Of a stretch of 64,000 bases of DNA, positions 37,690 through 52,200 are shown piece by piece. Under the pieces are notes generated by a model. The model was given only the letters and a program-made list of their open reading frames with translations, ran no database searches and was not told the DNA's origin. The DNA is taken from positions 85,498,001 to 85,562,000 of the forward strand of contig JAGIQG010000005.1 of assembly GCA_024679065.1 (NCBI GenBank), read 5' to 3'. Position 1 is the stretch's first letter, and the number at the start of each line of letters is the position of its first letter. The stretch is from Sphyrna mokarran. Its lineage: Eukaryota. A program made the position numbers and the translations under genes.

Positions 37690-40600
37690 AAGTTACAGAT
37701 ACAAGCACCTGTCTTCTCTTGAAATACATTGTTCACAAACAACACCATCTGAGGGTGTCTTGCTTCTCTATTATATCAGATGAAGCTTCTCAGATGAATC
37801 TCACAATGCCTTGAGTCACACATGATTTTCTGCATTATACCGAAGTTGGTTACACTTCTGTTAACGAAAATTCATTATTTTGTCATTGATCGCATCTTCT
37901 ACATCAATGATTATGTAATTTTCTTATAGCTACAGCCAGATATCAGCAGTATTTTTCAGATTGGTATCCTGGTTATTGTTTTTTAAGTAACCATTTGTTA
38001 CCACATTTGTAATGGACTTCAAAGTTGCATCCCTGTATTTTTCTGTGGGTACTGGCATTTGGGTGGCACACTTGTCAGAAGCTTGCACAAAACCATTTCC
38101 AATGGTTTGTGGTCAATTGCCACGAGAATTATTCATCAAGTAGATATATGTGGAACATAATGATACTGAATACCAGATTGCTTGTTTCATGCTCGATTTG
38201 CAATAATTCGATTGTGCTTGTGATAGTTTTCCTTCCTGCATAATGTACATCCCTAATCCATTTTGACGTGCATTAACTTCATTAGACCATAAGATGCAAG
38301 AAAAAACGTAGGCCATTCAACCCATCTAGCTTAATTGTTAATTCTAATTTCCCACCATACCCCCATTATCCTTGATTTTCTTACTGATTAGAATTCTGTC
38401 CATCTCCATCTTGAATATGCTTTACGATCCAGCTCCATAGCACTCTTAAGGTAAAGAATCCCACAAGTTCAGTATGATCTCAGAGAAGAAATTCTCTGTC
38501 TTAAATGGGCAACCTTGACTCAAAGAGTCAATCTCTATCAAACCGACTGAGTATCTTACAAGTCTCTCAAGTGACACCTTTCATTCTTCTAAACTCCAAT
38601 AAGTATACGCCCTGTCTACTGAACCTCTCCAAATAATAAAAGTCCTTCATACTCAGGAACAACCAAGTGAATCTCTGAACTTCCTCCAATACCAGTATAT
38701 TATTCCTTAAATAAGGTGAACAAAACTAATCACAGTATTCTTGGGTCACTGTATTGTGGAAAAACTGTAATTTCTGATAATGTCTGCTTAAAGTGATGGA
38801 AATACATGTTGATGATCCTCCTACCCTTAACATGGTACATCCTTCCACAACAGATTCCTAAGCAATTGTGCTCCTTTACATTGGGCTGGTATGGTGCTAA
38901 TTTGTAACATCTGAAACATCTTTGCAAGTCCTTTTATTCCTGAGGACTAGACCTGCCAGGTATATATTAAGGTTTGATTGGGTTAGGACAGATCGAAGAA
39001 CTTGATATTTTGAATAATAAAGTTAATCTGTTGAAAACAAGTCTTTTATGATGGGCTGTTGTCATTTTTGATCCAAATGGCCCGATGATGCCATTATTCA
39101 TCATGTCATCCAACTCAGTCTTTAGCTTCTCCTATTTATGAACATGGTATTTCCTAGGACAGTCAATCAATCCACTTCATATCTTGAAAACGTAGCGTGA
39201 TCTGTCATCAAATCTGTCACCACGTAATTATTTTTGACCTCTTCTGTTGCAATTGATATCTTGATGATTCTGTCTTCGGTCACAATGTTGAGTTCCAAGA
39301 ATGCTGAGATCCTTTCTACTGCTGAGCCACTTGTGTAAAAATACTCATGATTTCCATATACACTTGCTGTATTTCAATGCCAACAAACACACGGAATGAA
39401 TAGACGACCCATTGTACACACTTTAGTTTCTTTGATATAACCTGTATATCATATTCAGGCTTTAGTGTCAACTCTGTTCTGAATGTGTGCAGCTTTTCTT
39501 TGGGCATATAGAGTTGATAATAACAACAGCTTCTGACCTTTAGACTTCATTCACACATTGTATCACATTCAGAATCAGGAAAACTTTTTTCACTCTCTAG
39601 AAGGTCTTCCTGGTCTGCAACTTCCTGTCTGTATCACTGTCAATCTTGCATATGTGCCTGTACTTATGTGGATCTCTGATGCCCTGTTGATGTGCCAATG
39701 TGCGACAAATACTTTTTATTTGCTTGCATCGTTCCTCTGGTGAGAGTCAGAAGCAAATTCTCTGCATTGATAAGCACAATGTCTTTATATCCCAAGATAC
39801 CATCCCAGCTGATATTACTGCTGGACAAATCAGACAGCAGGATGGATGCTGGCTTCATACATCCTCACCTTTACTTTTTCTTTAGATATTTGGAAGGCAG
39901 CTATTGAACAGAATTTAAGGACTGCTAATGAAATTTTAACAAAAAAAAATTAAAAACCAGGAGAAAATGAACTATGATTCCTTCATCCAAGCAATATGTT
40001 TACAGATAAGTCAGATTTGAGGACAACACAACATACAAAATCTCAGACATTGCACAGTACATGGAAATTAATAGGCAGACAATGACCAGTCTCTCCACAG
40101 ACTGAAACCAAGACATTGTCTATGAATTTCTCATCCACTCTCCTTAGAAGCTTATCACATTGAGCTAACTGGTCTGACTGGGCTTCTGACTTTCACATCA
40201 GGATTTCCAATCTTTGCATGCCTTGGAATCGAAACCCAATGTACTCTCTCCAATATCTACCAAAGTACAAACTTTATACTTTAAACTATCCCTTTGGGTA
40301 TTCGCCTGCCCTAGATCATCATGTCCAGTCAAGCTCCCACACAATCTCTCAGATACCCAGCCACGCCAACAGAACACCATTGCTTCACAGGCTTTATCAT
40401 GGTGACACCAAATTTTTGGTCACCTGGACTACTGACTATTCTCAAGCTGAGTTTAAATCTGCTTCCAGGTTATCTTCTTCTGGTTTATCTTTTGGGATAT
40501 CTTCTGGTTTATCTTTTGGAAAGCTTCAATTGACCGTGAAACTATAACCAGATCTAGTAATTGTTCAGGCATCTCATTTTGTAAGGTATCATCAGTCTTT

Positions 40601-40800
40601 TCCTCATCACAGCATTTTCTCACAAACTGAATGATTCTGGAGGTCTGTGAGCCATCAACTCTAAATAGTGAATTCTGAAGTTCACCTTTATGCAAAGCCA
40701 ATCCTTCAGCATGCTCCACAACTCGACAGGATGCTTCTGATCGACCTTGGACAGGACCAACATGCTGAATCTTCAACATCTCACTTTCAATGGGTATCTA
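37690..40800 (-). mobile_element. Patchwork of Gypsy gag/protease/RT/integrase fragments
   Basis: gag LDLVIVSRSIEAFQK (about 40500); protease-end region KACKD (about 40210); DGILGYKDIVL...RGTM (about 39700-39810); PRKYHVHK*EKLKTELDDMMNNGII (about 39085-39160). Confidence 0.65.
38285..38760 (-). mobile_element. Old CR1 3' end
   Basis: accataagatgc...gtaggccattcaacccatc tail; cattcttctaaactccaat and aaggtgaacaaaact...cacagtatt. Confidence 0.65.
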
Positions 40801-41254
40801 CATATTCACCACTTCATCATCCAGTTGAATTAGACAAAAAATAATAACCATAGTTCCACTCTTTGTTTAAAAGCCTCAATTCCAAATAGGATATCTGCAG
40901 CCTACCACTTAATGCTAGGGAAGTTGGTGGTCATCTTCCTGATGATATACTAATTCAACACCAAAGTGGCTACTCGAAATCAGGTATTCACTGCTCTGTG
41001 AAACAGTTTTGCAGGAATTCTGTCTTCCAGTTTCTCTAATGTATACACAAAATCTTATATGTGGCATTTTCTGTGATCTTCAAATCCTTGTCATTTATTT
41101 TAGAGAAATCACTGTGGCTTTGCTTGTTGCATTTTCATGTTTACTTCATGCATTTTATCAATCTCACACTATCCAACTAACATAAATCTTGGTTCAATTG
41201 ATTTGAAGATATAGTCCAAGGTTGCTCAACAGACAGATTTATAAGAGACAAATG

Positions 41255-41740
41255 TACAAATAAGAGGAGTCATCCATTTGGTCACCTGAGCATGTCCTGC
41301 CATTCAATAAAATCATGGCTGATTTGTTTGCGTTGAGTTCCACATTCTCCATCTATCCCCAATAAGCTTAGAGTTTCCCACCTGACAAGAATGATATCTA
41401 TCTCCACCTTAAAAATATTTAGCGACCCTGCTTCAGTCTTCAGAGAAAAATGTTCTCATCTTTGTCCCGCAAAGGCATCCCCAAAATTCTAGAACAGACT
41501 TTCCTAGTTCTAGATTCACCTACAAGAGGATACTTTTTCTCAATGCACACATTGTCAATGTCGTTCAGGGTCTTATATACTTTAATCTAACTTTTCCTCA
41601 CTCTTCTATGCTCTAATTGAAATAAATCTAGTCTTTCCAACCTATTAATGTCAAAACAATTATTGGAGCTATCAATCTAGTAAACCTCCCTTCTGATCTG
41701 TCTCCAAAGCACTTAAATCTTTCCTTACACGGGATCAATA
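41255..41740 (-). mobile_element. Old CR1 3' end, paralog of 31865-32410
   Basis: cctgccattcaataaaatcatggctgat tail; shared aataagctt..gagtt and ccttaaaaata motifs. Confidence 0.65.
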
Positions 41741-41754
41741 TTGCAGCAACAACT

Positions 41755-41990
41755 CCCCAACAACTTTTGTTTTCACATCCCATGAGGCCAGTTGTCCATG
41801 TGCAATTACATGGCCAAGGAACGTGACCTGGGCTTTTTCCAAACTCACTCTTAGTCAGGTTTACCTCCTGAAGTCGAACAAATACTTCCATCAGATGATT
41901 CAAAGTTTCTTTCCATGTCTGATTAAAAATCACCAGACTGTCTACGTATGCCGCACAATTGGGTAATCCTGAAATAACTCTGTTGATTAA
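41755..41990 (-). mobile_element. Gypsy RT fragment
   Basis: Reverse strand LPNCAAYVDSLVIFNQTWKETLNHLMEVFVRLQEVNLTKSEFGK (YxDD region). Confidence 0.75.
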
Positions 41991-42239
41991 TCAGAGAGCT
42001 GCCAAAATCATGTTTTATGTTCAAAAAAAACCCTCAAAATTTACTAACATCACAAAGTGTTAATGTTGATTGTGCAAATCCTTGTTTCTAATGGATCTCT
42101 TTAGTCATACCACTTCTTAATCAGTTTAATTATGGATAAATTTACTGAGCACAGCTCTATTCTACACTGCACAGTATTTGGTGTACAGTCTCACAAAACC
42201 CTCTTTTCCTGAATTGCAACATCCGTGCCATTATGTTCA

Positions 42240-42770
42240 TTGTCTCGTAATGAAAATTAGCATTCCAAAGCCTTCCTAATTACATGCTGCACCTGCATAC
42301 CAACATTTTGTGCCTCGTGCACAAGAACACTTAAATCTCTATGCACATTGGCATTATGTTGTCATTCCCTAATTAAATAATACTTTATTGAATTTATTAT
42401 TTGAATAATGAACAATAAAATGCTTTTTCATTTTTCCTGCCAAACGAACAATTTCAGTCTTTTCCATTGTACTACATGTGCAAAATTTTGTCACTCATTC
42501 AACCTTCATATATCCATCTGCAAACTCTGCATACCGTCTTCACAACATATTTTTCTATCTATCTTTCTGTCATCTGCAAATTTCACTACCTCATCTAAGT
42601 CAGTGATATAAGTTGAATAAGATTGTGGCCACAGGACAGACCACTAAAAGATTTTACTTGTCACGTCCTACAATCAGACAAAGAGCCATTTATGCATACA
42701 TTGCTTTATGCTAGCTGGTCACTCTTCAATTCAAGCAAATATGTTTTCCATTACACCTTGAGCTTTTATA
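42240..42770 (-). mobile_element. Old CR1 RT remnant
   Basis: tgctgcacctgcatac, gtcatctgcaaattt (KFAD) motifs; paralog of 33490-36800. Confidence 0.6.
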
Positions 42771-43641
42771 CTTTTAGATATTTTTGTTCTGTCTTCACAA
42801 AAGAGGACACAAATAACTATCAGAAATGTTGGGGACAGAACAAAAGTATGCCTTAGGTTGGTCAGCCATTCCTTATTATGTCATTATAAATTCTCCTGTT
42901 TCTGAATGTAACATACTTGCACAAACTTTACAAGTCACCTTTTAAGTTCAACATTATTAGTGAGTTTCTGTGCTTGTTTAATGCAAACTTGTCAATCTCA
43001 CACTGGACTGGCAAACTAAATGTAGATTCAGTTCCTTTGTCTGGCTTCTGTTGGTGCTTAACGTTATTCTTTTATTTGTTACAACTTCATATGATCTGGA
43101 CTCATTGCACACTTTGGGCATTTCTGTGAAAGAGTGCATGATTCTAAGCAGTTGTCTTTAATTATAGACTATGTAGTTTGTCACCTTGCATATTGGTCAT
43201 ACACAATCTGCATTCTCCCATGTGTTCCAGAGGTTCTTTTCTATGTCAGAGAAATGGGACAGTGATGGCTTGGCAACACTATCGTAATGTGGCTTCTGAA
43301 TATGATTTCTGCTGGTGCGTCAAAGACCAAATGTAGTATTGTGTCCCTTCAGCATAACATCTCCTTGGTGGCAACGCACTTCTTCATTGATTTAGTATTT
43401 TTCTGGGAGAATCTGGGACTTTCTAATGCTGTTCAGGCGAATGTTCCTCTTTGATTCGTGACAGTGACAGGCCCTTCTTCTCATCTGAAATACAGATGAG
43501 AAAAAGACAGTGTTCCTTACATCCTGCATTCACACACCTCCTTCTGCCCGTGAACCAATAAATTAGAGATATCATTGAAAATTCCTTAGGACTGTTCTGC
43601 TCTCCATGCCAGTGTCAAGCCTGTGGCCTGCCCAGTGTAGA

Positions 43642-43714
43642 CACAGTAAGAAGTCTCATGGTGTTGTGAGACTTACTGTGTTTACCCCAGTCCAATGTTG
43701 GCACGTGCACATCA
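43642..43714. mobile_element. Collapsed palindromic Penelope-associated terminal fragment inserted in an array unit
   Basis: cacagtaagaagtctca-tggtgttg-tgagacttactgtg hairpin followed by ttaccccagtccaa...cacatca; absent from other units; agacac on both sides. Confidence 0.6.
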
Positions 43715-46116
43715 CTGCAGACACGGCATCCTAAGGCAATCCTTTGCAGGTGAGTTACAATCTGGAGGTCCACGGTCAGTTCTGACAATGAGAATTTGGT
43801 CGTTAAAACTTGAACTCAGCTAACATTAATTTTCTATGTCTTGAGAAAGTAACTAATCAGATATCCCCCAAGATCACCCCAAAATGATGACTCTGAAATC
43901 CATTTACATGCCTTAAGATGACTCTATCATCTTCAAGCTTGTTTTTCAAACTGTATCATCACTCATTAAAAGGCAAAGATGGACAGGGGGGGTAATCCAT
44001 GAACAGCCCTCTAAATACATGCATAGTGTGGTACAATCACCACATAGTCTATTAAAAGCAATAAGTAACATTGTTTGCAAATGAGGCAATCTCTTCGAAC
44101 AACTACCTGTCCAGCATCTTCCCCTGATGCCCCATCAGGTCATGTTTGGCCGACAATCATGTTTGCAATTTAAGTTCTTGCTCCACTCCCCAGTCCTGAC
44201 TTCTACTATCTCCAACCTGCTACCTGTGCCCTTCCATTCTTGCCTCTGTTTCATCCTTCTTACGTTGGGCTGGTAAGTTAAAAGTAAATTTAGTTTTTGA
44301 AGACACAATACCAAGTTCCCTTGTCTGGTTTCTGTTTGTGCTTAACATCATTCCGTTGGGTGTTGCAACTTCACATGATCTAGATTCACTACACACTTTG
44401 GATTCTTCTGTGACAGAATGAATGATTCCAAGCTGTTGTCTTACTTGCAGACTGCAGTTTGTTTTTTGCTTGTTGGTCATACACTAACTTCATCCTTCCA
44501 TGTTTTCTACAACTTATGACTTGGCAAGGCTGTCCTAATGAGGTTTCTGAACATGCTTTCTGCTGGTGCATCCAAGTCCACGTGTAAAAATGTATCCCTT
44601 CCAGGTCAAATGTAGATTCAGAGAATAAACCATTGCTTGTAAGGAGTTAGTCTGCAGTTAATCTCTATAAGAATTCTGCAGCCATCTGGTTTTCTCGACA
44701 TGTGTGCCATATCGAAGATGTGCAATGGGCTCTTCATTTGAACTGGGTTCTCACCCTCTTTGAACCATCTGCTTCAACATCTACCTTGTCCAATTAACAC
44801 CCTGCTCCTCCATTTTTTTCCCTCAGGTCAACGCATCTCACATTTCCAGCACTAGGTTGCACAGGGTAGAGCTATTCGTGACCAATACATCATCAAGAGG
44901 CAAGCACTTCAGAATGCATCAACATGAAAAATACAATGAGAGCTCCCTGAGCAGGTAGCACAAATTTGCAGGATATGCTTTCTAGGATCAAAAGCCGGCA
45001 GTTCAGGAAGTGAAATCCATTACAATTAATTGAATTTGTAGCTAATCTGAGATTGACTTGCATCATTGATGTGGAATTGAACATATTGGTTAAGTGTTAC
45101 TGAAAACAGTATCTTCCACTTGTCAACCTGTGTGTCACTATTTGTGTGATTTCGCAAAGATCCCAACTGGGAACCTGAAAAGACCTGCAGATAATCAAGT
45201 CCTGATTTAGCAATTCTTCTGGACAATCTGTGACTTCCTAAAGCTCTGCTCAAGCAAACGTTCTTCCTAGATGTGACAATTGAGGCCCTTCTTTATATTT
45301 GAAATTCAGCTGGGAAAACAACAGTGTTTCCTGCGTTCAGCATTCATGTTTCTCTTCTGTCCTGGAGCAAATAGATTGGAGACATCACTGAAACTTCCTC
45401 ATGACTGCTCTTCTCCCCAAGCCAATGGTCGTTCCATAGTGTAGACATAGCATCCCAAAGCAACCCTTTGCAGGTGAACTACAATCTGGAGATCTGTGTT
45501 TGCTTCGACAATGAGCATTTGGCCCTTGAAACTAGAATTCAGTTGACACTTCTTCTCGATGTCATCAGCAAATAATTAATCAGATATTCCTAAGATTGTC
45601 CCAAAATGGTGACCTGGAAATCCTCTTACGTGCATTGACACCATTCCGGTATCATTACTTTCAAGCATCCTTTTCAAACTGCATTATCACTCAGTCAAGG
45701 GCAAACATCTTGCTGCTAACTTTTCTAAGTGTAACTAAAGCTTCAAACACACACCAAATTTGTCACATCTGCCCAAACAGTCACTGCCACCTAATTCACA
45801 ATGCTCCTGTTATTTTCCAGTCTCCTTGGCACCATCATTGCTCACGCTGACCTTTTTATTTGTTGCTCTCTGTTTCTCATTAAGGTTAATGCACCATGCC
45901 CTTTCCTGACCCGAGCTTTCTTTTATTGAAGCCAGCTTGTTTCCAAAATATCTCTCCCCATCCCCTGTACTCGAACCACCCAAGAAGATCATACAATATC
46001 CTACATCCACCCAATGACTACTCAATTGATGATATAACAAATTCAAAAGCCTCACGATTCTGGTGAGGTGTGCTGCCCAAATCATCCTTTGATGATTTGA
46101 TGGACAGCCCTCTAAA

Positions 46117-46292
46117 GACCTACCTTGCATTAAAAGTTGATCTTTGTCTACAGCTTAGTATAACTGTAACACTACATTCTGCATGCCTCTACTTCCTTCT
46201 CTATGAATGGTATGCTTTGTTTATGAAGCATGCAAGAAATAATACTTTTCACTTTTTGCTAATACATTGAACAATAATGAATAAAATCAAAA
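46117..46292 (+). mobile_element. Rex1/Babar 3' tail inserted in an array unit
   Basis: Reverse complement of the Rex tails at 24289, 25971 and 34136; splits cagccctctaaa|taccccc, which is intact at about 57520. Confidence 0.8.
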
Positions 46293-49200
46293 ATACCCCC
46301 ATAATGTGTGGTACAATTGCTGCATAGTCTATTAAACAGGCAGCATTGCCTCATTTGCAGACAATCTATTCTTACAACCTCTGGTCCAGACTACTTTGTA
46401 TACCTCCCCTTTTGCTCTATTGTCCCTGCCACACCATGTCCCTCCAACATCACATGTTTGCAGCTTAAGACCTTGCCCCATGTCATCTACCATCTCCAGC
46501 CTGCTACCTATGACCTTTCTCCCATTTCTGTCTCTGTTTCACCCTTTTCACATTGGACTGGTAAACAAAACATTGACTCGGTTTTTGAAGATATAGTACC
46601 AAATTCCCTTGTCTGGTTTCTGTTTGTGCTTAACATCAATGTGTTGTGTGTTGCGACATCATACAATCAGGATTCACTGCACTCTTTGGATACTTCTGTG
46701 AAAGACTGAATGATTCCAAGCTGTTATCTTACTTGCAGACTATGTATTTCGTTGCATGTTGGTTGTACACCATCTTCATCCTCCCATGTTTTCTCCAAGT
46801 TCTCTTCTGTGTCAGAGAAATGGGATTGGTGATGGCAACACTGTTGTATTGTGGCTTCTAAATATGATTTTCTCTGCTGCGTTAAAGTCCAAGAGTAAAA
46901 TGGGTCCTTCTAGGTTAAATGTAGATCTAGAGAATAAATCATTGCATGTGAAAGTTAGCCTGCAATTAACCTCCATAGGAATTCATTAGCCATCAGGTTT
47001 TTCAACATGTCTGCCATATTGCCATTTGTGTGATTCCACAAAGATCCCTCGAGGCCTGGAAAGACACGCTGATAATCAAGTCTTGTGCTGGAACGTTTTA
47101 CAAAGCCACTGACACATGGTTCCTTCCAAATCCTGGCAGCATGAAGTCTTCAAGGAACAGGCAGTTTATCTAAATTAGTAAATGCCTTGACAAAAATGCT
47201 CCTTGTTGAATCTTCTTTTACACATTTCCATGTATGGGCTGCATCTTCCATCTCTTTTTTGCATCATACTTCTTCATTGATATCACAATTTTTCAGGAGA
47301 ATCTGCAACTTCCTAGGGCTTTGCTCAGCCTACTGCTCAGGCAAATGTTCCTCCTGGATCTGTGACAAATGGTGACAGACCCTTTTTCTCATTCGAAATG
47401 CAACTGGGAAAATGACAGTGTTCCTTGCATCCTGTATTCACACTCTTCTTTTGGCCATGAACAAATGAATTAGAGACATTACTCAAACTTCCTTAAGACT
47501 ATCCTTCTCTCCAAGCCAGTGTCAAGCCAATGGTCTGCCAACAATATAGACACAGCATCTCGAGGCAACCTTTTCACGTGAACTACAATCTGAAGGTCCA
47601 TGGTCGGCTTTGACAATAAACATTTGGCTCTTAAAAATGGTACTCAGCTGACATTAGTTCTCTATATCTTGAGCAAATTGATCAGATATTTCCAAGATCA
47701 CCCAAAATGGTGACCATGAAATCCATTTACATACATTGAAACCACCTCCCGTATTTCAAGCTTGTTTTTCAAACTCCACCCATCATCCTTGGTACTATCA
47801 TTGCTCCCAGTGACATTTCTATTTGTTGCACCCTTATTCCCAAGGCCTTCTTTTATTGAGGCTAGCTTTAATTGCTCAAAAACCTCACCAAATTCACAGC
47901 ATTCTGATCCACACAATGGGATCAGACAATACCCATTCCTGGCCCAGACTCTTCAACTGCTGATTTAACAAATTCAAATACCTCACCATTCTGGTTAAGG
48001 TGCTCTGTCCAAACTATACACAAGTGACCAAGACATGTAAGCCAAGGACAGTCCACTAAATATATCCAATGAGCGTGATATAATCGCCATACAGTCTATT
48101 AAGCAGGCAATCAGCAGCATTGCCTCAATTGCAAATAGTGTCTTCTTACAATCCCTTGACCAGATTCCATCACAAACTTCCCCACTGACGCTGGAGGCTG
48201 GGCCAGACCATGTCTAGCCAACTTCACATGTTTATAATTTCAGTCCTTGCTCCATTCCCATCCTGACTCTGTCCACCATCTCTACCCAGCTACTTATGCA
48301 TTTCTTTCCATTCTTGCCACTGTTTCACCCTTCTCACATTGGTCTGGTAAGCCAGAAGTAGATTTAGTGTTTGAATATGCAGTACCAAGTCCATTATCTA
48401 CCTTTTGCTTGTGCTAAACATTCTTCCATTGGTTGTTGCAACTTCATATGATCTGCAGTCACTGCATACTTTTGATATTTCTGTTAACTAATGAATGATT
48501 CCTAGCTATTGTCTTACTTGCAGACTATGTATTTCATCACCTTCCCTTTTGTTGTACTTTTTCATCATCCTTCCATACTTTCCCGAAGTTCTCTTCTATG
48601 TCAGAGAAATGGACAGGTGGTAGCTTGGCAACACTATCCTAACATGGCTTCTGAACATGATTTCTGTTGATGCATCAAAGCCCAAATGTAAAAATATGTC
48701 CCTCCAAGGATACATGGAAGAAACCATTGCTTGTAAGAATTATCTTGTATTTAACCACCAAAGGAATTTTGTAGCTATCAGGATTTCCAGACATGACCGC
48801 CATATTAGAGATGTGCAATGGGATCTTCATTCGGCTGAGCTAAGTCCTCACCATCATCAGATCCATTCACTTCAATATTCTCCTTGGGCAATTAACATCT
48901 TGTTCCTCCATCTCTCCCTCAGGTCAACACCTCTCACATTTGCAGCACTAGGTTGCGCAGGGTACAGCAAAGCAATGATGATGTGAAACACACTCTCTGG
49001 TCAGTACTGCAGAGCCATTTGTGGCCAGTTGAAATATCAATAGTGCATCATCAGGAGGCAAGCACGTGAGATTGTGTCAACTTGAAAAATTTGTGAGAGT
49101 TTCCTAACTACCTGGCATAAATATGCTGGATCAGATTTCCAGCATCAAAAGAAAAGGAAGCAAGCAGTTCTGAAAGTGCAGTCCATTACAATTATTGAAA

Positions 49201-52200
49201 TTGTGCTGCTGTAGGTCCATCATCTCTGTCAGTTTGGCTTGCATTACAATTCTGGAACTGAGCATATTGGTTAACATTATTGAAACCAGTATCTTTCACC
49301 TGTCTTAAGATTCGTGTTATTTCACAAAAATCCCAAACGGAGGCCTGAAAAAGACTGCTGACAATTAAGTCCTGTGCTGGAACTTCTTACAAAGCCACTG
49401 GCATGTGGTTCCCTCCAAATCCTGGTGGTATGTGTTCTTCAACAAGCAGGAAGTTTGTCTGAGCTAGTAAATGCCTAGGCAAACAATGGTGCCTGTGGCA
49501 TCTTTTTTCACTCATTTCCAGATATGGGCTGCATCATCTATATCCCCTTTGTCGTACCACATTTCTTCATGGATTTAGCAATTCTTCAGGAGAATCTGTG
49601 ACTACCTCGCACTCTGCTCAGATGAATGTTCCTCTTCGATCAATGAAAACTGCTGACGGACCTTTCTTTATATTCTAAATACAGCAAAAAGTAAGTGTTC
49701 CCTGCATCCTGCTTTCACATTGCTCCTTATGTCCATTAACAATTAGATTGGAGGCATCGCTGAAATTTTCTTATGACTATTCTTCCTTCCAAGCCAGTGT
49801 CAAGCTAATAGTCTGCCCACAATGTGGACATGGCATCCCAAGGCAACTCTTTCCAGGTGAACTACAATCTGCAAGTCCATGGTTGGCTCCGAGAATGAGC
49901 ATTTGGCCCTAGAAACTAGAACTCAGCTGACAATGGTCCTCCAACTCTTGAGCAAATAATTGATCGGACCTCACTAAGATCATTCCAAAATGGTGATTTC
50001 AAAACTCTTTAATATGCGTTGAGACCACTCCTATATCATTATTTTCAAGTTTGTTTTTCAAGTTGCATTATCACTCAGTAAAGGGCAAAGATGTTGCTGC
50101 TAACCATCCCAAGTGTAACAGCTTCAAACACACACCAAATTCATCACATAGTAACTGCCACTTAATTCACATTGTTTCTGTTAATTTCCAGTATCCACCC
50201 ATTATCCTTGGCACCATCATTGCTCACACTGACATTTCTATTTGGTGGGCCCTTGTTTCCATTAACATTAATGCACCATGCCTTTTGCTGACCTGAGCCT
50301 CCTTTTATTGGGGCTAGCTTTAATTTTGAAGATATCTCCCCAAATTTACTGCACCTTGATTCACATAATAAGATCAGACAATACCTTATTTCCGGCCTAG
50401 ACTACTCGACTGCCGATTTAACAAATTCAAATGTCCTGCCATTCTGGTTAAAGTGCCCTGTCCAAACAACAGATCAGTGCCTCAGTCATGTCAGTCATGT
50501 CAATGATGGTCAGCCCACGAAATACATCCATACAGTTGACACAATCGCTGCACAATTTATTAAGCAGGCAATCAGCAGCTCTGCCTCATTTACAATCTCT
50601 TCTTGGAACTCCTTGACCATTCCCATCACAAATTTCTCCTCTGTCCCTAATGGCCCCGCAGACCATGACCAGTCACCATCACGTGTTTGCAACTTAAGAC
50701 CTTGCCCCACTCCCAGTCCTGAGACCCTGCCACCTATGCCTTTCTTGCTACTCTTGCCTGTTTCACCCTTCTCACATTGGTCTGGTAAGCTGAAAGTAGA
50801 TTTAGATTTTGAAGACGATGTACCAATTCTCTTGTTTGCCTTCTGTTCAACATTGTTCCATCGGATGTTGTGACCTCATATGATCTGGATTCATTGCACA
50901 CTTTGCATAGTTCTGTGAAAAAAACAAATGATTCCAAGTTGTTATCTTCCTTGCAGATTATGTAGTTCCTCGCTGTGCATGTTTCATCCTCCCATGTTTT
51001 CCCCAAGTCCTCTTTCATGTCAGATAAATGGGATAAGTGATAACTTGGCAACACTGTCATAATGTGACTTCTGAACATGATTTCTGCTGGTGTGTCAACG
51101 ACCAGGTGTAAAAGTGTGTCTCTTCAAGGTCAAATGTCAATAGAGAATAAACCATTGCCTGTAAGAGTTAGTCTGCATTCAACCTCCATAAGAATTTGGT
51201 AGCCATCAGATTTTCCTGCAATGTCTGCCATATTAACATTTGTCAAAGTCCCAAGTGGAAGCGTGGAAAATCTGCTGTGCTGGAACCTTTTATGAAGCCA
51301 CAGATGTGTGCTTACCTCCAAATCCTGGTGGCACAGGTTTTTCAAAAGACAGGAGTTAGCAAATGCCTAGACAAGCTATGGTGCTTGTGGCATCTTCTTT
51401 CACTCATTTCCATATATGGACTGCATCTTCCATACTCCCTTGGTTGTGCCACACTCCATTGATTTACCAATTCTTTGGGAGAATCTGTGACTTCTGAGGA
51501 CTCTGCTCAGGTCTACTACTCAGGCGAATTGGATCTGTGATAATTGGTGACAGACTCTTCTTCTCATTCCAAATACAGCTGGGAAAAAGGCAACGTTTCT
51601 TGCATCCTGTATTCACACTCTTCATTGGTCTGTCGAGAAACAGATTAGAGTCATAATTGAAACTTCCTTATGACTGCTCTTCTCTCCAAGTCAGTGTCAA
51701 ACAATGGTGTGCCACAATGTAGACACGGCATCTCAAAGCAACTCTTTGCAGATGAATTACAATATAGAGATCTGCTGTCAGCTCCGAGAATGAGCATTTG
51801 TCTGCTGAAACTAGAACTCGGCTGACACTAATTCTCCATGTCTTGAGCCACTAATTTAATTGGCTAACACTAAGATCATCCCAAAATTGTGACCATGAAA
51901 TCCACTTACATGCATTGAGGCCACTCCCACATCATTATGTTCATGCTTCCTTTTCAAACTGTGTTATCACTCAATAGAGCAAAGATATTGTTGCTAACTT
52001 TTCAAAGTGAAACCAATAGCTTCAAACACACCAAATTCAACATCTGCCCAGTCACTGCCTCAGAATTCACATCCCTCCTGTTTATTTCCCATCACCACCC
52101 ATTATCTTTGATACCATCATTGCTCCCATTGATATTTCTATTTGTTGCCCCTTTAGAGTGCCATTAATGTTCATGCATCATGCCCTTTGTTGATCTAAGC

